Below the pieces are notes generated by a model. That model made no database searches. It was not told the origin of the DNA and worked only from the letters and a program-made list of their open reading frames with translations. This document shows, one piece after another, positions 9,694-18,778 of a DNA stretch of 64,000 nucleotides. The stretch spans positions 71,875 to 135,874 of the forward strand of contig JBGSYD010000047.1 of NCBI GenBank assembly GCA_041751055.1, given 5' to 3'. Positions within the stretch are counted from its first letter, which is position 1; each line of letters opens with the position of its first letter. The position numbers were made by a program, and so were the translations under genes. The stretch comes from Acidimicrobiia bacterium. GTDB taxonomy: Bacteria > Actinomycetota > Acidimicrobiia > Spongiisociales > ZC4RG35.

Positions 9694-10575
9694 TCATGGT
9701 TTTGCCGCACGGGCAGCCATATCGGCCCTTTCGATGATCGTCCTTGCAACGCGGGCGACCGCGTAGTCCACCATCTTCCCGTCAACGGCGATGGATGCCG
9801 ACCCTTGGGACTCTGCCTCCTCGAATGCGGCAAGGACCTTCTTCTGATACTCAACGACTTCGGGAGTTGGAGTGAACACGTCGTTGATGATCGGGACTTG
9901 CGCCGGGTGAATTGCCACCTTGCCCACGTACCCGATGCGACGAGCCAACTCTGATTCGACACGTAGCGCTTCCAGGTCGCGGAAGTCCATAAACACAGCC
10001 TCCATCGGATACGGAACACCTGCTGCCCGCGAACTGAGCAAGACCTGAGATCGGGCGTGAAGAAGGCCGGTTCCTTCCGGGGTCCACTCCGCTCCAAGAT
10101 CGGCAACGAGATCGCCTTGCTCGCCGCCACCAAACATGACACATTGGATTCGTTCGCTTGCCCTCGCGATCTCGTAGGTCATGCGCACTCCGAGAGCGGA
10201 TTCGATCAGCGGTATCAGGGAGAGCGTTCCGACCGATTTTCCGCTCGACATCTCCAGAACAGTCAGCGCGCCGTCGACTTTGCTGATCAAACCCGGATCG
10301 TCAGCCTTGGGCAAAACCAGACCTGCAACATTTGCGACCGTTGCGGCGAGGACGTCGTCCCAGAGCAGACCGGTTTCGACAGCGTTCGTGCGTACATAAA
10401 AAGGCACGGTGGACTCAGGCAACTCCGCGAGGTTGTCACGGGCTGCTGCCTTGTTGTCGAGCGATACTGCGTCCTCGAGGTCGATTATCACCGCGTCGGC
10501 CCCCGACTTGATTGCCTTCTCGATCAGGTCGAGTCGGTGCCCCGGGGTGAACAACATCGAACGGACTGGATTCAT
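9694..10575 (-). CDS. HpcH/HpaI aldolase / citrate-lyase beta (CitE)-like acyl-CoA lyase
   Basis: The N-terminus RSMLFTPGHRLDLIEKAIKSGADAVIIDLEDAV matches the CitE / malyl-CoA-lyase family signature. Confidence 0.75.
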   Translation of the reverse strand: MNPVRSMLFTPGHRLDLIEKAIKSGADAVIIDLEDAVSLDNKAAARDNLAELPESTVPFYVRTNAVETGLLWDDVLAATVANVAGLVLPKADDPGLISKVDGALTVLEMSSGKSVGTLSLIPLIESALGVRMTYEIARASERIQCVMFGGGEQGDLVADLGAEWTPEGTGLLHARSQVLLSSRAAGVPYPMEAVFMDFRDLEALRVESELARRIGYVGKVAIHPAQVPIINDVFTPTPEVVEYQKKVLAAFEEAESQGSASIAVDGKMVDYAVARVARTIIERADMAARAAKP

Positions 10576-10664
10576 ATCACGCCTTTGCTTTGGGAAGACT
10601 CCGAATATTGCACGATATAGGATTGAAATGGTTTGGGTCTCCGGTCAGTGTTAATTTGCCCGGG

Positions 10665-11192
10665 ATGGACTCCAGTTCGAGACGTTTGGTGCAAGCCGAC
10701 GAACACGCGACAGCGCCAGGCGTTGGCGACACCGCTCCGCAATTCGAGTTGCGCCGTAGCTTCGAACAGGACGTCAGTCTGAGCGATCTCACTGCACGAG
10801 GATCTGTTCTTCTTGTTTTTTACGTTTTCGACTTTGGACATGTGTGAGGTCACGAGTTGTCCCAGTTGGGACAGATGACGGATCAGGTGCGCAAGTTGGG
10901 AGCCGAACCGGTGGCGATCGCCGTTACCGCCACATTTTCGCAGCTGGCTTTTGCCGAGGAGTTGGGAGTCGACTTCCCGATGTTGTCGGACTGGGATGGA
11001 ACGACTGCTAATGCATATGGAGTCCAGTACCGGGAGTGGAAAGGGCACTCCGGTCTGGCCAAGCGATCTGTGTTCGTGATCGACCGCGGCGGCGTGATTC
11101 GATACCGCTGGTCAACCGATGACGCGCTTATCGAACCCGACCTCCATGAAGCAGTTGCTGTTGTCGATTCATTGTCGTCTGATGCCAGCTAG
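10665..11192 (+). CDS. AhpE-like 1-Cys peroxiredoxin with an in-frame TGA (10845-10847) at the peroxidatic-Cys position; candidate selenoprotein, alternatively a nonsense pseudogene
   Basis: ORFs 10590-10847 and 10857-11192 are in the same frame and are separated only by the TGA. Read through, they give ...VLLVFYVFDFGHV-U-GHELSQL...FPMLSDWDGTTANAYGV...VFVIDRGGVIRYRW. This aligns along its length to AhpE/Bcp peroxiredoxins, with the TGA exactly where the peroxidatic Cys sits (compare GICQGELDQL in AhpE). The start is chosen at ATG 10665. Confidence 0.55.
10857..10874 (+). other. small stem-loop (7-bp stem including a G-U pair, loop AGUU) 9 nt downstream of the in-frame UGA; SECIS-like candidate
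   Basis: ttgtccc-agtt-gggacag is self-complementary. Its position immediately 3' of the UGA is where bacterial SECIS hairpins are found. It is short, so this is weak evidence on its own. Confidence 0.3.
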
Positions 11193-11213
11193 CTCAATGG
11201 GCATGTAGCGCCC

Positions 11214-12560
11214 ATGGCCGATCTAGCGGTACGTGGAGGGATTATTGTCTCGGCCCGACAGAGCTTTCAAGCCAATCTCCTCGTGTCAGACGGCCGGATC
11301 GCAGACGTCGGCTCCGGACTACAAGATGCATCTGAGACCATCGACGCTACGGGTCTACTGGTGTTGCCGGGACTGGTCGATACCCATGTTCACCTCATGG
11401 ATCCAGGTGACACCAGTCGTGAGGATTTCCCGACCGGAACCGCTGCTGCGGCTGCGGCCGGAGTCACCACTCTCATCGAGCACACCCATGCCCGACCGAT
11501 TCGTAGCGCTTCCGACCTCGCTGAGAAGACGTCCTACCTGAAAGGGCGTTCTCATGTCGACTACGGCCTGGCGGCACACGTATGGCCAGATCGGATTGAT
11601 GGCCTAGCGGAATTGTGGTCGGCGGGAGTTTCGTTCTTCAAGATCTTCACGTGTTCCACTCATGGGGTGCCCGGACTTGGTGCGACCGTCCTGGAACGAG
11701 CACTCACCGCCATCGCCGGGTTTGACGGGAGTTGTCTCGTCCACTGTGAGGACGACACCATGACTGGGTCGGCAGAATCGTCGCTCAGGTCTGCCGGACG
11801 GTCGGACAACGGCGTCCTCGTCGAATGGCGTTCGCGTGTCGCCGAACAAATGGCCGTCGACCAGGTCTGCGAGCTCGCCGTCAAAACCGGGGTTCGAGGC
11901 ACTATCGCCCATGTGAGCAATCCCGCTGTCGCCGCCATTGTCGATTCCGCACGGAGCCGGGGAGCCGACATCGTCGCGGAGACGTGCCCTCAGTATTTTG
12001 GCCTTCGCGAAGATGAGGTCCTTGTGGAAGGTCCGTTGCGCAAGTTCACGCCACCGGCCCGAGCTCGCTCTGACGAAGAGGAGGACGAGATGTGGGCGTT
12101 GCTTCGCTCCGGGGCGTTCAACCACATTTCCACTGATCACGCCCCGTCGACACGCGCCCAGAAAGACGTAGGAATCTGGGAAGCTCCATTTGGCCTTCCT
12201 GGCCTCGATACCACCGGCCCGTTTCTGATCGACGCCGTTTCCCGCGGAAAGATCAGTTTCCCCGACATAGTTCGGGTGTACTCGGAGGCTCCCGCTCGAA
12301 GGTACGGGCTGTACCCGAGAAAGGGTCAGCTCTCTGTCGGATCCGACGCCGACTTCGTGCTGATCGACCCGGCCCGAAAATGGCGAGTCGGTGACGGAGA
12401 CATAATCTCGAAAGCTGGCTGGTCTCCGTTCGCCGAGAAGGTCTTCACCGGATCAGTCGTGGCGACCTATCTACGTGGTCGCCTGGTCGCTCAAAACCGC
12501 CAACCGACGAATGCGGGATCGGGTGAGTTCATCCCCGGGCCGGGCGCGCAGGCCCTCTGA
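11214..12560 (+). CDS. cyclic amidohydrolase (dihydropyrimidinase / hydantoinase / allantoinase-like)
   Basis: LPGLVDTHVHL metal-binding motif, the later HCED motif, and the overall length and pattern of the D-hydantoinase/dihydroorotase superfamily. Confidence 0.75.
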   Translation: MADLAVRGGIIVSARQSFQANLLVSDGRIADVGSGLQDASETIDATGLLVLPGLVDTHVHLMDPGDTSREDFPTGTAAAAAAGVTTLIEHTHARPIRSASDLAEKTSYLKGRSHVDYGLAAHVWPDRIDGLAELWSAGVSFFKIFTCSTHGVPGLGATVLERALTAIAGFDGSCLVHCEDDTMTGSAESSLRSAGRSDNGVLVEWRSRVAEQMAVDQVCELAVKTGVRGTIAHVSNPAVAAIVDSARSRGADIVAETCPQYFGLREDEVLVEGPLRKFTPPARARSDEEEDEMWALLRSGAFNHISTDHAPSTRAQKDVGIWEAPFGLPGLDTTGPFLIDAVSRGKISFPDIVRVYSEAPARRYGLYPRKGQLSVGSDADFVLIDPARKWRVGDGDIISKAGWSPFAEKVFTGSVVATYLRGRLVAQNRQPTNAGSGEFIPGPGAQAL

Positions 12561-12581
12561 TATATCATATATGATCCGCAG

Positions 12582-13604
12582 GTGCCCTCAGATACGGACG
12601 ACCCTTTGACCAACAACAATCAAATTCGCCTGGCTTCTGTCGGACTCGGATGGTGGGGATCGGTACTGGCTGACGGAGCCAAAGCGGCCGGGGCAGAGAT
12701 AGTTGGTGGATTCGCCCGTCGCAACGAGTCGAGGAGCACTTTTCAGTCGACTCATGGCGGTCGCCAGTTTGAGTCATATGAAGAGGTTCTGCACGCCTCG
12801 GATGTCGACGGCATTTTGCTCGCGACGCCCCACACGGCTCATGCCGACCAGATCGTGGCCGCCGCCAACGCGGGTAAGCACGTTTTTGTCGAAAAGCCAT
12901 TTGCGCTTTCGGTCGATTCGGCCAAGCGGGCGCTCGCCTCGTCTGAAGAGGCCGGGACCGTTTTACAGGTCGGGCACAACAAGCGCCGACAGCCTGCAAA
13001 CAGGCGTCTCAAGTCCATGATCGACAATGGTGACCTGGGCACGGTCACCATGATCGAAACCCATCAGTCGGTGCCCAAGGCTCTGGGTTTCGAGGCTGGC
13101 TACTGGAGGGCCAATGATACCGAGAGCCCCCTCGGGGGTATGACCAGCCTCGGTGTTCACATGATCGATACGATGACGTATCTTCTAGGGCCCATCGATC
13201 GGGTTTTTGCGTTCAGCAAGAGAATTCTCGACAGTCCACCGATTGATCACGCAACGACTTTGGTCTTCGAGTTCGCCTCCGGCCCTTTGGGATATCTGGG
13301 AACGTCATTTGTGGTCCCTCGGACTACCTCCGTCACCGTCCGGGGCACCGGCGGGACCGCCGTCAATGATCTCGATGGAGCCAGGTTCTACACCCAAGGG
13401 CCGGGTGAACCGGCGCCGACCGAACAGTCCGTCGAGGTGATCGATACGGTCGCTGATCAACTGGTTGAATTCGTGCTGTCGATCAAAGGGGAGTCTTCCC
13501 CGCAAACTGGTGGACACGAAGGAGTGGAAGTGATTGCGGTCCTCGAGGCGGCCATGGCTTCTCACCGGTCCGGTCTGCCCCAGCCAGTCGCAGAGTTCAG
13601 ATAA
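12582..13604 (+). CDS. Gfo/Idh/MocA family oxidoreductase
   Basis: N-terminal Rossmann segment (IRLASVGLGWWG) and EKP motif (HVFVEKPFA). Confidence 0.75.
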   Translation: MPSDTDDPLTNNNQIRLASVGLGWWGSVLADGAKAAGAEIVGGFARRNESRSTFQSTHGGRQFESYEEVLHASDVDGILLATPHTAHADQIVAAANAGKHVFVEKPFALSVDSAKRALASSEEAGTVLQVGHNKRRQPANRRLKSMIDNGDLGTVTMIETHQSVPKALGFEAGYWRANDTESPLGGMTSLGVHMIDTMTYLLGPIDRVFAFSKRILDSPPIDHATTLVFEFASGPLGYLGTSFVVPRTTSVTVRGTGGTAVNDLDGARFYTQGPGEPAPTEQSVEVIDTVADQLVEFVLSIKGESSPQTGGHEGVEVIAVLEAAMASHRSGLPQPVAEFR

Positions 13605-13606
13605 CC

Positions 13607-14908
13607 GTGCACTCGTTCTTGAAGGAACCGAAGAAGACGGCCCAGGCTGCAACGGACGAGATTCGAGAGACGGTCAGCCAGATTATCTCAGACGTCGAAC
13701 GCCGCGGAACCGAAGCAGTGCGTGAGTACTCCGAGCGATTCGACGGATGGAGCCCCAAGTCGTTCCGGGTCTCCAGCGATGAGATCGAGCGGATTACCGC
13801 AGGCTTGGATCCCGAGGTAGTGAGCCATGCCAGCTTCACCCTGGATCAAGTACGCAACTTCGCCCAACTGCAACTAGAGAGCATGCACGAGTTTGAGGAG
13901 GAAACCTTACCGGGCGTTCTTCTGGGCCAGAAACACATCCCGGTCAACTCCGTTGGCGCGTATTCGCCAGGTGGTTTATATCCGTTGATTGCCTCGGCGA
14001 TCATGACGGTGGCCACGGCCAAAACCGCGGGAGTCCCCAGGGTTGTTGCCGCAGCACCTCCGCGAGATGCAGCGGGGATCCACCCGCCTCAACTCTGGGC
14101 AATGGTTGCGTCGGGAGCGGATGAGATATTTTGCGTCGGTGGTGTTCAGGCGCTTGCTGGTATGGCCTTCGGCATGGAGGACTCCAAGCCCGTGGACATG
14201 ATTGTCGGAGCGGGGAACGCGTACGTCGCAGAAGCGAAAAGACAGCTCTTTGGCCGTGTGGGCATCGACTTGCTTGCCGGGCCGACCGAAATCATGGTCA
14301 TCGCCGACGAAACCGCCAACCCGGCCGTAGTGGCAGCCGACCTCCTCGGACAGGCAGAACATGGTCCGACATCGCCGGCGATACTGGTAACGACTTCTGA
14401 ATCGGTTGCCGCTGAGACACAACGTGAGGTCCTGCGCTGGCTCGAAACATGGCCGACCGCCGCGATCGCGGCCGTGGCGTGGCAAGATTATGGAACCGTG
14501 ATCCTCTGCGACAGCGACTCGGAGATGGTGGCGGTGTCCGATGAGTTTGCACCCGAGCATCTCCAGATCCACACTGCTGATCCGGATTGGTTCGCTGAAC
14601 GGCTCCGCAATTACGGAACAATTTTTATCGGGACGCACGCCACTGTCACCTATTCAGACAAGGCAATCGGGACCAACCACGTTCTCCCCACCGAGCGAGC
14701 GGCCCGTTATACGGGTGGCCTATGGGTCGGAAAGTTCCTAAAGACTGTGACGACGCAACGCGTCACGGCTCAAGGGTCGGCACTGGTCGCAGAGCATGCC
14801 GCCTCGGTTGCGAATGCTGAGTTGATGTTCGGGCACGCCATCAGTGCCTTGCTTCGTCGCAATCCGGAATATTTCTGGGACGCCCTATCAGTGGGCGAGG
14901 ACGAATGA
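13607..14908 (+). CDS. histidinol-dehydrogenase-family (HisD paralog) 4-electron alcohol/aldehyde dehydrogenase
   Basis: 433 aa with HisD-like motifs (GPTEIMVIADETANP, AEHGPTSPA, IGTNHVLPT). No other histidine-biosynthesis genes are nearby. Confidence 0.75.
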   Translation: MHSFLKEPKKTAQAATDEIRETVSQIISDVERRGTEAVREYSERFDGWSPKSFRVSSDEIERITAGLDPEVVSHASFTLDQVRNFAQLQLESMHEFEEETLPGVLLGQKHIPVNSVGAYSPGGLYPLIASAIMTVATAKTAGVPRVVAAAPPRDAAGIHPPQLWAMVASGADEIFCVGGVQALAGMAFGMEDSKPVDMIVGAGNAYVAEAKRQLFGRVGIDLLAGPTEIMVIADETANPAVVAADLLGQAEHGPTSPAILVTTSESVAAETQREVLRWLETWPTAAIAAVAWQDYGTVILCDSDSEMVAVSDEFAPEHLQIHTADPDWFAERLRNYGTIFIGTHATVTYSDKAIGTNHVLPTERAARYTGGLWVGKFLKTVTTQRVTAQGSALVAEHAASVANAELMFGHAISALLRRNPEYFWDALSVGEDE

Positions 14909-15678
14909 GCTCCCCGGTGACCCTCATCACCGGAGCCAGCCAAGGAATCGGGCGGGACCTGGCGACAACCTTCGCGCGTGCGGGCCACTCCCTGGCTCTT
15001 GCGGCACGTAACGAATCAAACCTGGCCGAGACGATGCGGGCAGCACTGGAGTTCGGCGGCGACGTCGAAGTGATCGTCACCGACATAACCCAGCCCGAAC
15101 AAGTGGAGGCAATGGGGGAGAAGGCCCTCGAACGGTTTGGACACGTCGACAATGTGGTCAACAACAGCGGGATTGGTGGGCCTTCGGGCCTCCTCTGGGA
15201 GCTCGACATCGATGACTGGAGGCAGACTTTTGCCGTAAATGTGGAAGGTGTTTTCCTAGTGTCGCGAGCCATCCTCCCCCATATGGTGAAGCGTGGCGAA
15301 GGTTCCGTGATAAACATCGGCTCTATCACAGGCAAGAGGCCGCTGTGGGGCCGATCGCCGTACGCCGCCAGCAAAGCCGCTCTTATCGGGTTGACCCGCA
15401 CGCTGGCCGTCGAGGCAGGTGCCTATGGGGTCCGGGTAAACCTCATTTCGCCAGGATTTGTGGAAGGGGCTCGCCTTGACTGGGTGATCCGGACCCAGGC
15501 GGAGGGGAGAGGGGTGAGCGAGGATCAGGTCCGCCGCGAATTCGAAGCCGAAGCGGCCTTGAACCGACTCACCCAGCCTGTTGACGTGGCCCGCGCTGCT
15601 CTGTTCCTGGCGTCCGATGGATCGCTGGGGATCTCAGGTGCTGATGTGAATGTCAATTCCGGCGCAGTGATGTATTAA
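14905..15678 (+). CDS. SDR family oxidoreductase
   Basis: TGASQGIG cofactor motif, NNSG, and the YxxxK catalytic motif (YAASKAA). The start overlaps the upstream stop in ATGA form. Confidence 0.8.
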   Translation: MSSPVTLITGASQGIGRDLATTFARAGHSLALAARNESNLAETMRAALEFGGDVEVIVTDITQPEQVEAMGEKALERFGHVDNVVNNSGIGGPSGLLWELDIDDWRQTFAVNVEGVFLVSRAILPHMVKRGEGSVINIGSITGKRPLWGRSPYAASKAALIGLTRTLAVEAGAYGVRVNLISPGFVEGARLDWVIRTQAEGRGVSEDQVRREFEAEAALNRLTQPVDVARAALFLASDGSLGISGADVNVNSGAVMY

Positions 15679-15687
15679 AGGAGGACA

Positions 15688-16374
15688 ATGCCGCGGCTCA
15701 TCGATCTGTCTCAGGACATCTATCAGGGAATGATGGTCTATCCGGGCCATCTCAAGACCGTCGTGTTCCAACACGCCACACATAGGGAAACGGCTGCACG
15801 TTTCGAAGGGGGCTTCTCGTTCCAGACCCTTGGATTCATGCTCAACGACAACGGCCCAACCCATGTTGATTCGTTCAGCCATCTCGATCCAGATTCGACA
15901 GCTCAAACAATCGACCAAATGGCGCTCGACCTCTTTTACGGGCCTGCCATTTGCCTCGATGTCTCGTCTGTTGCCCCGAAGACCGACATCACCAATCAGG
16001 ATCTAGATGCGGCCCTCACCGCCTCCGGGCTCGACCTGGTGCCTGGTGACATGCTCTTCCTGTATACGGCGACCTTTGACCGACACAAGGGGACAGATGA
16101 GTATTTGACCGAATTCCCCGGGCTCGGCGAGAGCGGCGCCGAATGGATAGTGGACAAAGGGGTGAAGACGTTCGGTGTCGACTCACCAACTCCAGACAAC
16201 CCGACGTCGCGATCCTACCCATGCCACATGATGTGTCGTCGGGAGCACATAACGCATTACGAGAATCTCGTGCTGACCGATGTGGTCAATTCAAGGTTCA
16301 CTTTTGTGGGTTTTCCGTTGAAGGTCCTGGGTGCCCATGGCGGACCTACACGTGCGGTGGCGATCGTTGAATGA
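15688..16374 (+). CDS. cyclase-family metal-dependent hydrolase (kynurenine formamidase / isatin hydrolase-like)
   Basis: HxGTHxDxxxH-type motif (NDNGPTHVDSFSH) and a length of about 230 aa. Confidence 0.7.
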   Translation: MPRLIDLSQDIYQGMMVYPGHLKTVVFQHATHRETAARFEGGFSFQTLGFMLNDNGPTHVDSFSHLDPDSTAQTIDQMALDLFYGPAICLDVSSVAPKTDITNQDLDAALTASGLDLVPGDMLFLYTATFDRHKGTDEYLTEFPGLGESGAEWIVDKGVKTFGVDSPTPDNPTSRSYPCHMMCRREHITHYENLVLTDVVNSRFTFVGFPLKVLGAHGGPTRAVAIVE

Positions 16375-16826
16375 GACGGCTGAAACTCGACGAAGCCGAC
16401 ACGATCATCGATGCCGCGCTGGCCAAAGGCCGGGAAATGGGCCTGGGAAAGCTCTCGGTGGTCGTGCTCGACGATGGCGGGCACCAAATTGCGATGAAAC
16501 GTGAGGATGGCTCGGAATTCATGCGGCCCATGATCGCCAACGCCAAAGCTTGGGGCGCCTTGGGGATGGGGCTTCCGAGTCGTTTGCTCTCCGAGCGTGC
16601 CCAAAAGCTTCCTGTTTTCGTCGCTGCCCTGTCCGACATCTCTCAAGGCCGGCTGGTGGCGCTTCCGGGGGGAGTCATAGTCCGCGATGGGGAGGGGCAG
16701 ATCCTGGGCGCCGTTGGTGTGTCGGGCGATGTCTCGGAGCCAGACGAAGTCTGCGCAGTGGCCGGAATCGAAGCCGCCGGGCTGAAACCCGACTTTGGTC
16801 AAAACCCCGAATGGCGTCGCCCATGA
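16371..16826 (+). CDS. GlcG/HbpS-like (DUF336) protein
   Basis: 151 aa. The GG(V/I)...G..G.IGAVGVSG pattern is typical of DUF336/GlcG. The start overlaps the upstream stop in ATGA form. Confidence 0.6.
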   Translation: MRRLKLDEADTIIDAALAKGREMGLGKLSVVVLDDGGHQIAMKREDGSEFMRPMIANAKAWGALGMGLPSRLLSERAQKLPVFVAALSDISQGRLVALPGGVIVRDGEGQILGAVGVSGDVSEPDEVCAVAGIEAAGLKPDFGQNPEWRRP

Positions 16827-16930
16827 GGATCAGACATGAGTTTGGGGCCACGTCGCTGACCCATCGTATATGATGCATGATCGTTGACCGGGTCACATGC
16901 CGGCTGACGAAAACCAAAAAGGGAGACAAT

Positions 16931-17971
16931 ATGGCCAGAAAGGCCTTTCGCTACACCGCCTTATTTTCGATCCTGGCGCTTGTGGCCGCCGCTTGTGGCG
17001 GCGATAACTCGGGAGAAGACGGAGGCACGACGGACCCTGATGCACTCAAGGTGATCAGATTCGCCTTCGCACCCGACCCGGTCTGGGACTATCTGGTCGA
17101 TTCGGGAATCCGTGAGGAAATGGAGACTGCGGCCAATATCGCCATCCTCGACTCAGCGACCTGGAATGAGGTCGGTGTTTATGCCGGGGGCAACGCCGAT
17201 ATCATGTCGGTTGGTGACTTCGAGGTGCCAACGATCGAGCAGGAGTTCGGAATTCCGAGCGTCGTTTTCGGCAAGTACAACATCGATCGCAGCATCATCG
17301 TCGCCTCACCGGAGCATCCGGAGTACACAACTCTGGCGGACTGCGCCGGCGGCACGGTTGCTGTATGGGACACGTTGTCGTCAACCACCATCTGGGGAGT
17401 GCTGGCAAATGAATTGCACGGCCTCGACTTCCGTGTCGATGGTGGAGACTTCGAGCTTGTCGTAGTGGATATCACCAACACAGCCACCCAAGCAGCCAAC
17501 GGCGACACTGATTGCGCGATCGTATTGCCCGACTTCTCCATTCCGGTCCTCATGAATAACGAGGTCAACGTCCTCTACGACGGCAGGACTTCAGCGGACA
17601 TGTATGCAGAGGTTGTCGGCAAGCCCGGCCATGAAGGCCCCATGATCAATATCTTCCTCGCCCGCGAGGATTGGTATGACGACCATCCTGAAGAGGTAGC
17701 CTTCTTCCTCGCCCTCTGGGATCGGGGAGTCAAGGAATGGGCGGCCAATCGTGACGAGATCATCGCCAGCTATCCGCAACATTTCGCGGCCGAAGGTGAC
17801 GAACAAGTTGCGTGGATGCAGGACTACCTCAGCCAACACGACTGGTTCGCTAAGGGGATCTACCTCACCGACGAGTGGGTCGAGTCGGAATCTGAGCTGT
17901 TCGGCCTGTTGGAGGACGCCGGTTTGTCTGACACATCGGAGCCACCGAGGTTCGACGTAGTCTCTCCCTGA
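16931..17971 (+). CDS. ABC transporter substrate-binding lipoprotein (NitT/TauT-type inferred from partner genes)
   Basis: Start at MARKAFRY after a GGGAG ribosome-binding site. Signal peptide with lipobox LVAAAC. The gene is followed by two permeases and an SsuB/TauB-like ATPase. Confidence 0.6.
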   Translation: MARKAFRYTALFSILALVAAACGGDNSGEDGGTTDPDALKVIRFAFAPDPVWDYLVDSGIREEMETAANIAILDSATWNEVGVYAGGNADIMSVGDFEVPTIEQEFGIPSVVFGKYNIDRSIIVASPEHPEYTTLADCAGGTVAVWDTLSSTTIWGVLANELHGLDFRVDGGDFELVVVDITNTATQAANGDTDCAIVLPDFSIPVLMNNEVNVLYDGRTSADMYAEVVGKPGHEGPMINIFLAREDWYDDHPEEVAFFLALWDRGVKEWAANRDEIIASYPQHFAAEGDEQVAWMQDYLSQHDWFAKGIYLTDEWVESESELFGLLEDAGLSDTSEPPRFDVVSP

Positions 17972-18778
17972 GTGACGCAGAACGCGATTGAAACCGAGTC
18001 CCCTCGGTCCGCCCGCCGTAACTGGCGGCGGACCGGGGGACTTGTCCTGGGTTGGGGCGGCTTCATACTTTTGTGGGCCTTCGTGTCTGCCGTCATCCTC
18101 GACCAGTTCACTTTGCCTGGCCCCCTCAAGGTGGGCAAAGCAATGTGGGCCATCGTGGTCCAAGGTGAGTTCTTCGATGATTTTGCCGCCAGCATCACAA
18201 AGACCTTCATGGGATTCGGACTGGGCGTGGCTTTCGGTGTCCCTGTCGGCTATCTCATGGGTAGGAGTCGCTATTGGAAGGCTTTTTTCCACGACGGCGT
18301 AGTTGGCGCGGGAAGTGTCCCCGGCATCACATATGCAGTGTTGGCATTGGTGGTAGTCGGGACGGGTTACCTCGGGCCGGTCCTGGCGGTGGGGTTGATT
18401 TCGATGCCCTTCATCGCATTGAGCGTTGCCGAAGGGGTCGAAGGCGTCGATCAGAATCTCGTGCGGATGGCCACCGCATTCCGGAGGAACGATCGCCAGA
18501 TTGCTCGGGAGATCATGTTGCCGTCGATCATGCCCTTCGTCTTCGCAGGGGTCCGATTGGCCTTCGCAATTGCATGGAAGGTGGAGGCCTTGACCGAGGT
18601 CTTCGGGTCGTCAAACGGTGTGGGCTTTCAAATACGTTTCGCATTTCAGTCCTTCAGCATCACGAACGTTCTGGCCTGGACTCTTCTGTTTATCCTTTTC
18701 ATGCTCCTCATCGAGCGCGCCCTCGCTCTGGTTGAGCGAAGGGTTTTCGTGTGGCGGACCTGGGAGCAAACCGCATGA
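17972..18778 (+). CDS. ABC transporter permease (NitT/TauT family)
   Basis: GTG start immediately after the upstream stop. Multi-pass membrane protein with an EAA-like loop (AFRRNDRQIAREIMLP). Confidence 0.75.
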   Translation: MTQNAIETESPRSARRNWRRTGGLVLGWGGFILLWAFVSAVILDQFTLPGPLKVGKAMWAIVVQGEFFDDFAASITKTFMGFGLGVAFGVPVGYLMGRSRYWKAFFHDGVVGAGSVPGITYAVLALVVVGTGYLGPVLAVGLISMPFIALSVAEGVEGVDQNLVRMATAFRRNDRQIAREIMLPSIMPFVFAGVRLAFAIAWKVEALTEVFGSSNGVGFQIRFAFQSFSITNVLAWTLLFILFMLLIERALALVERRVFVWRTWEQTA

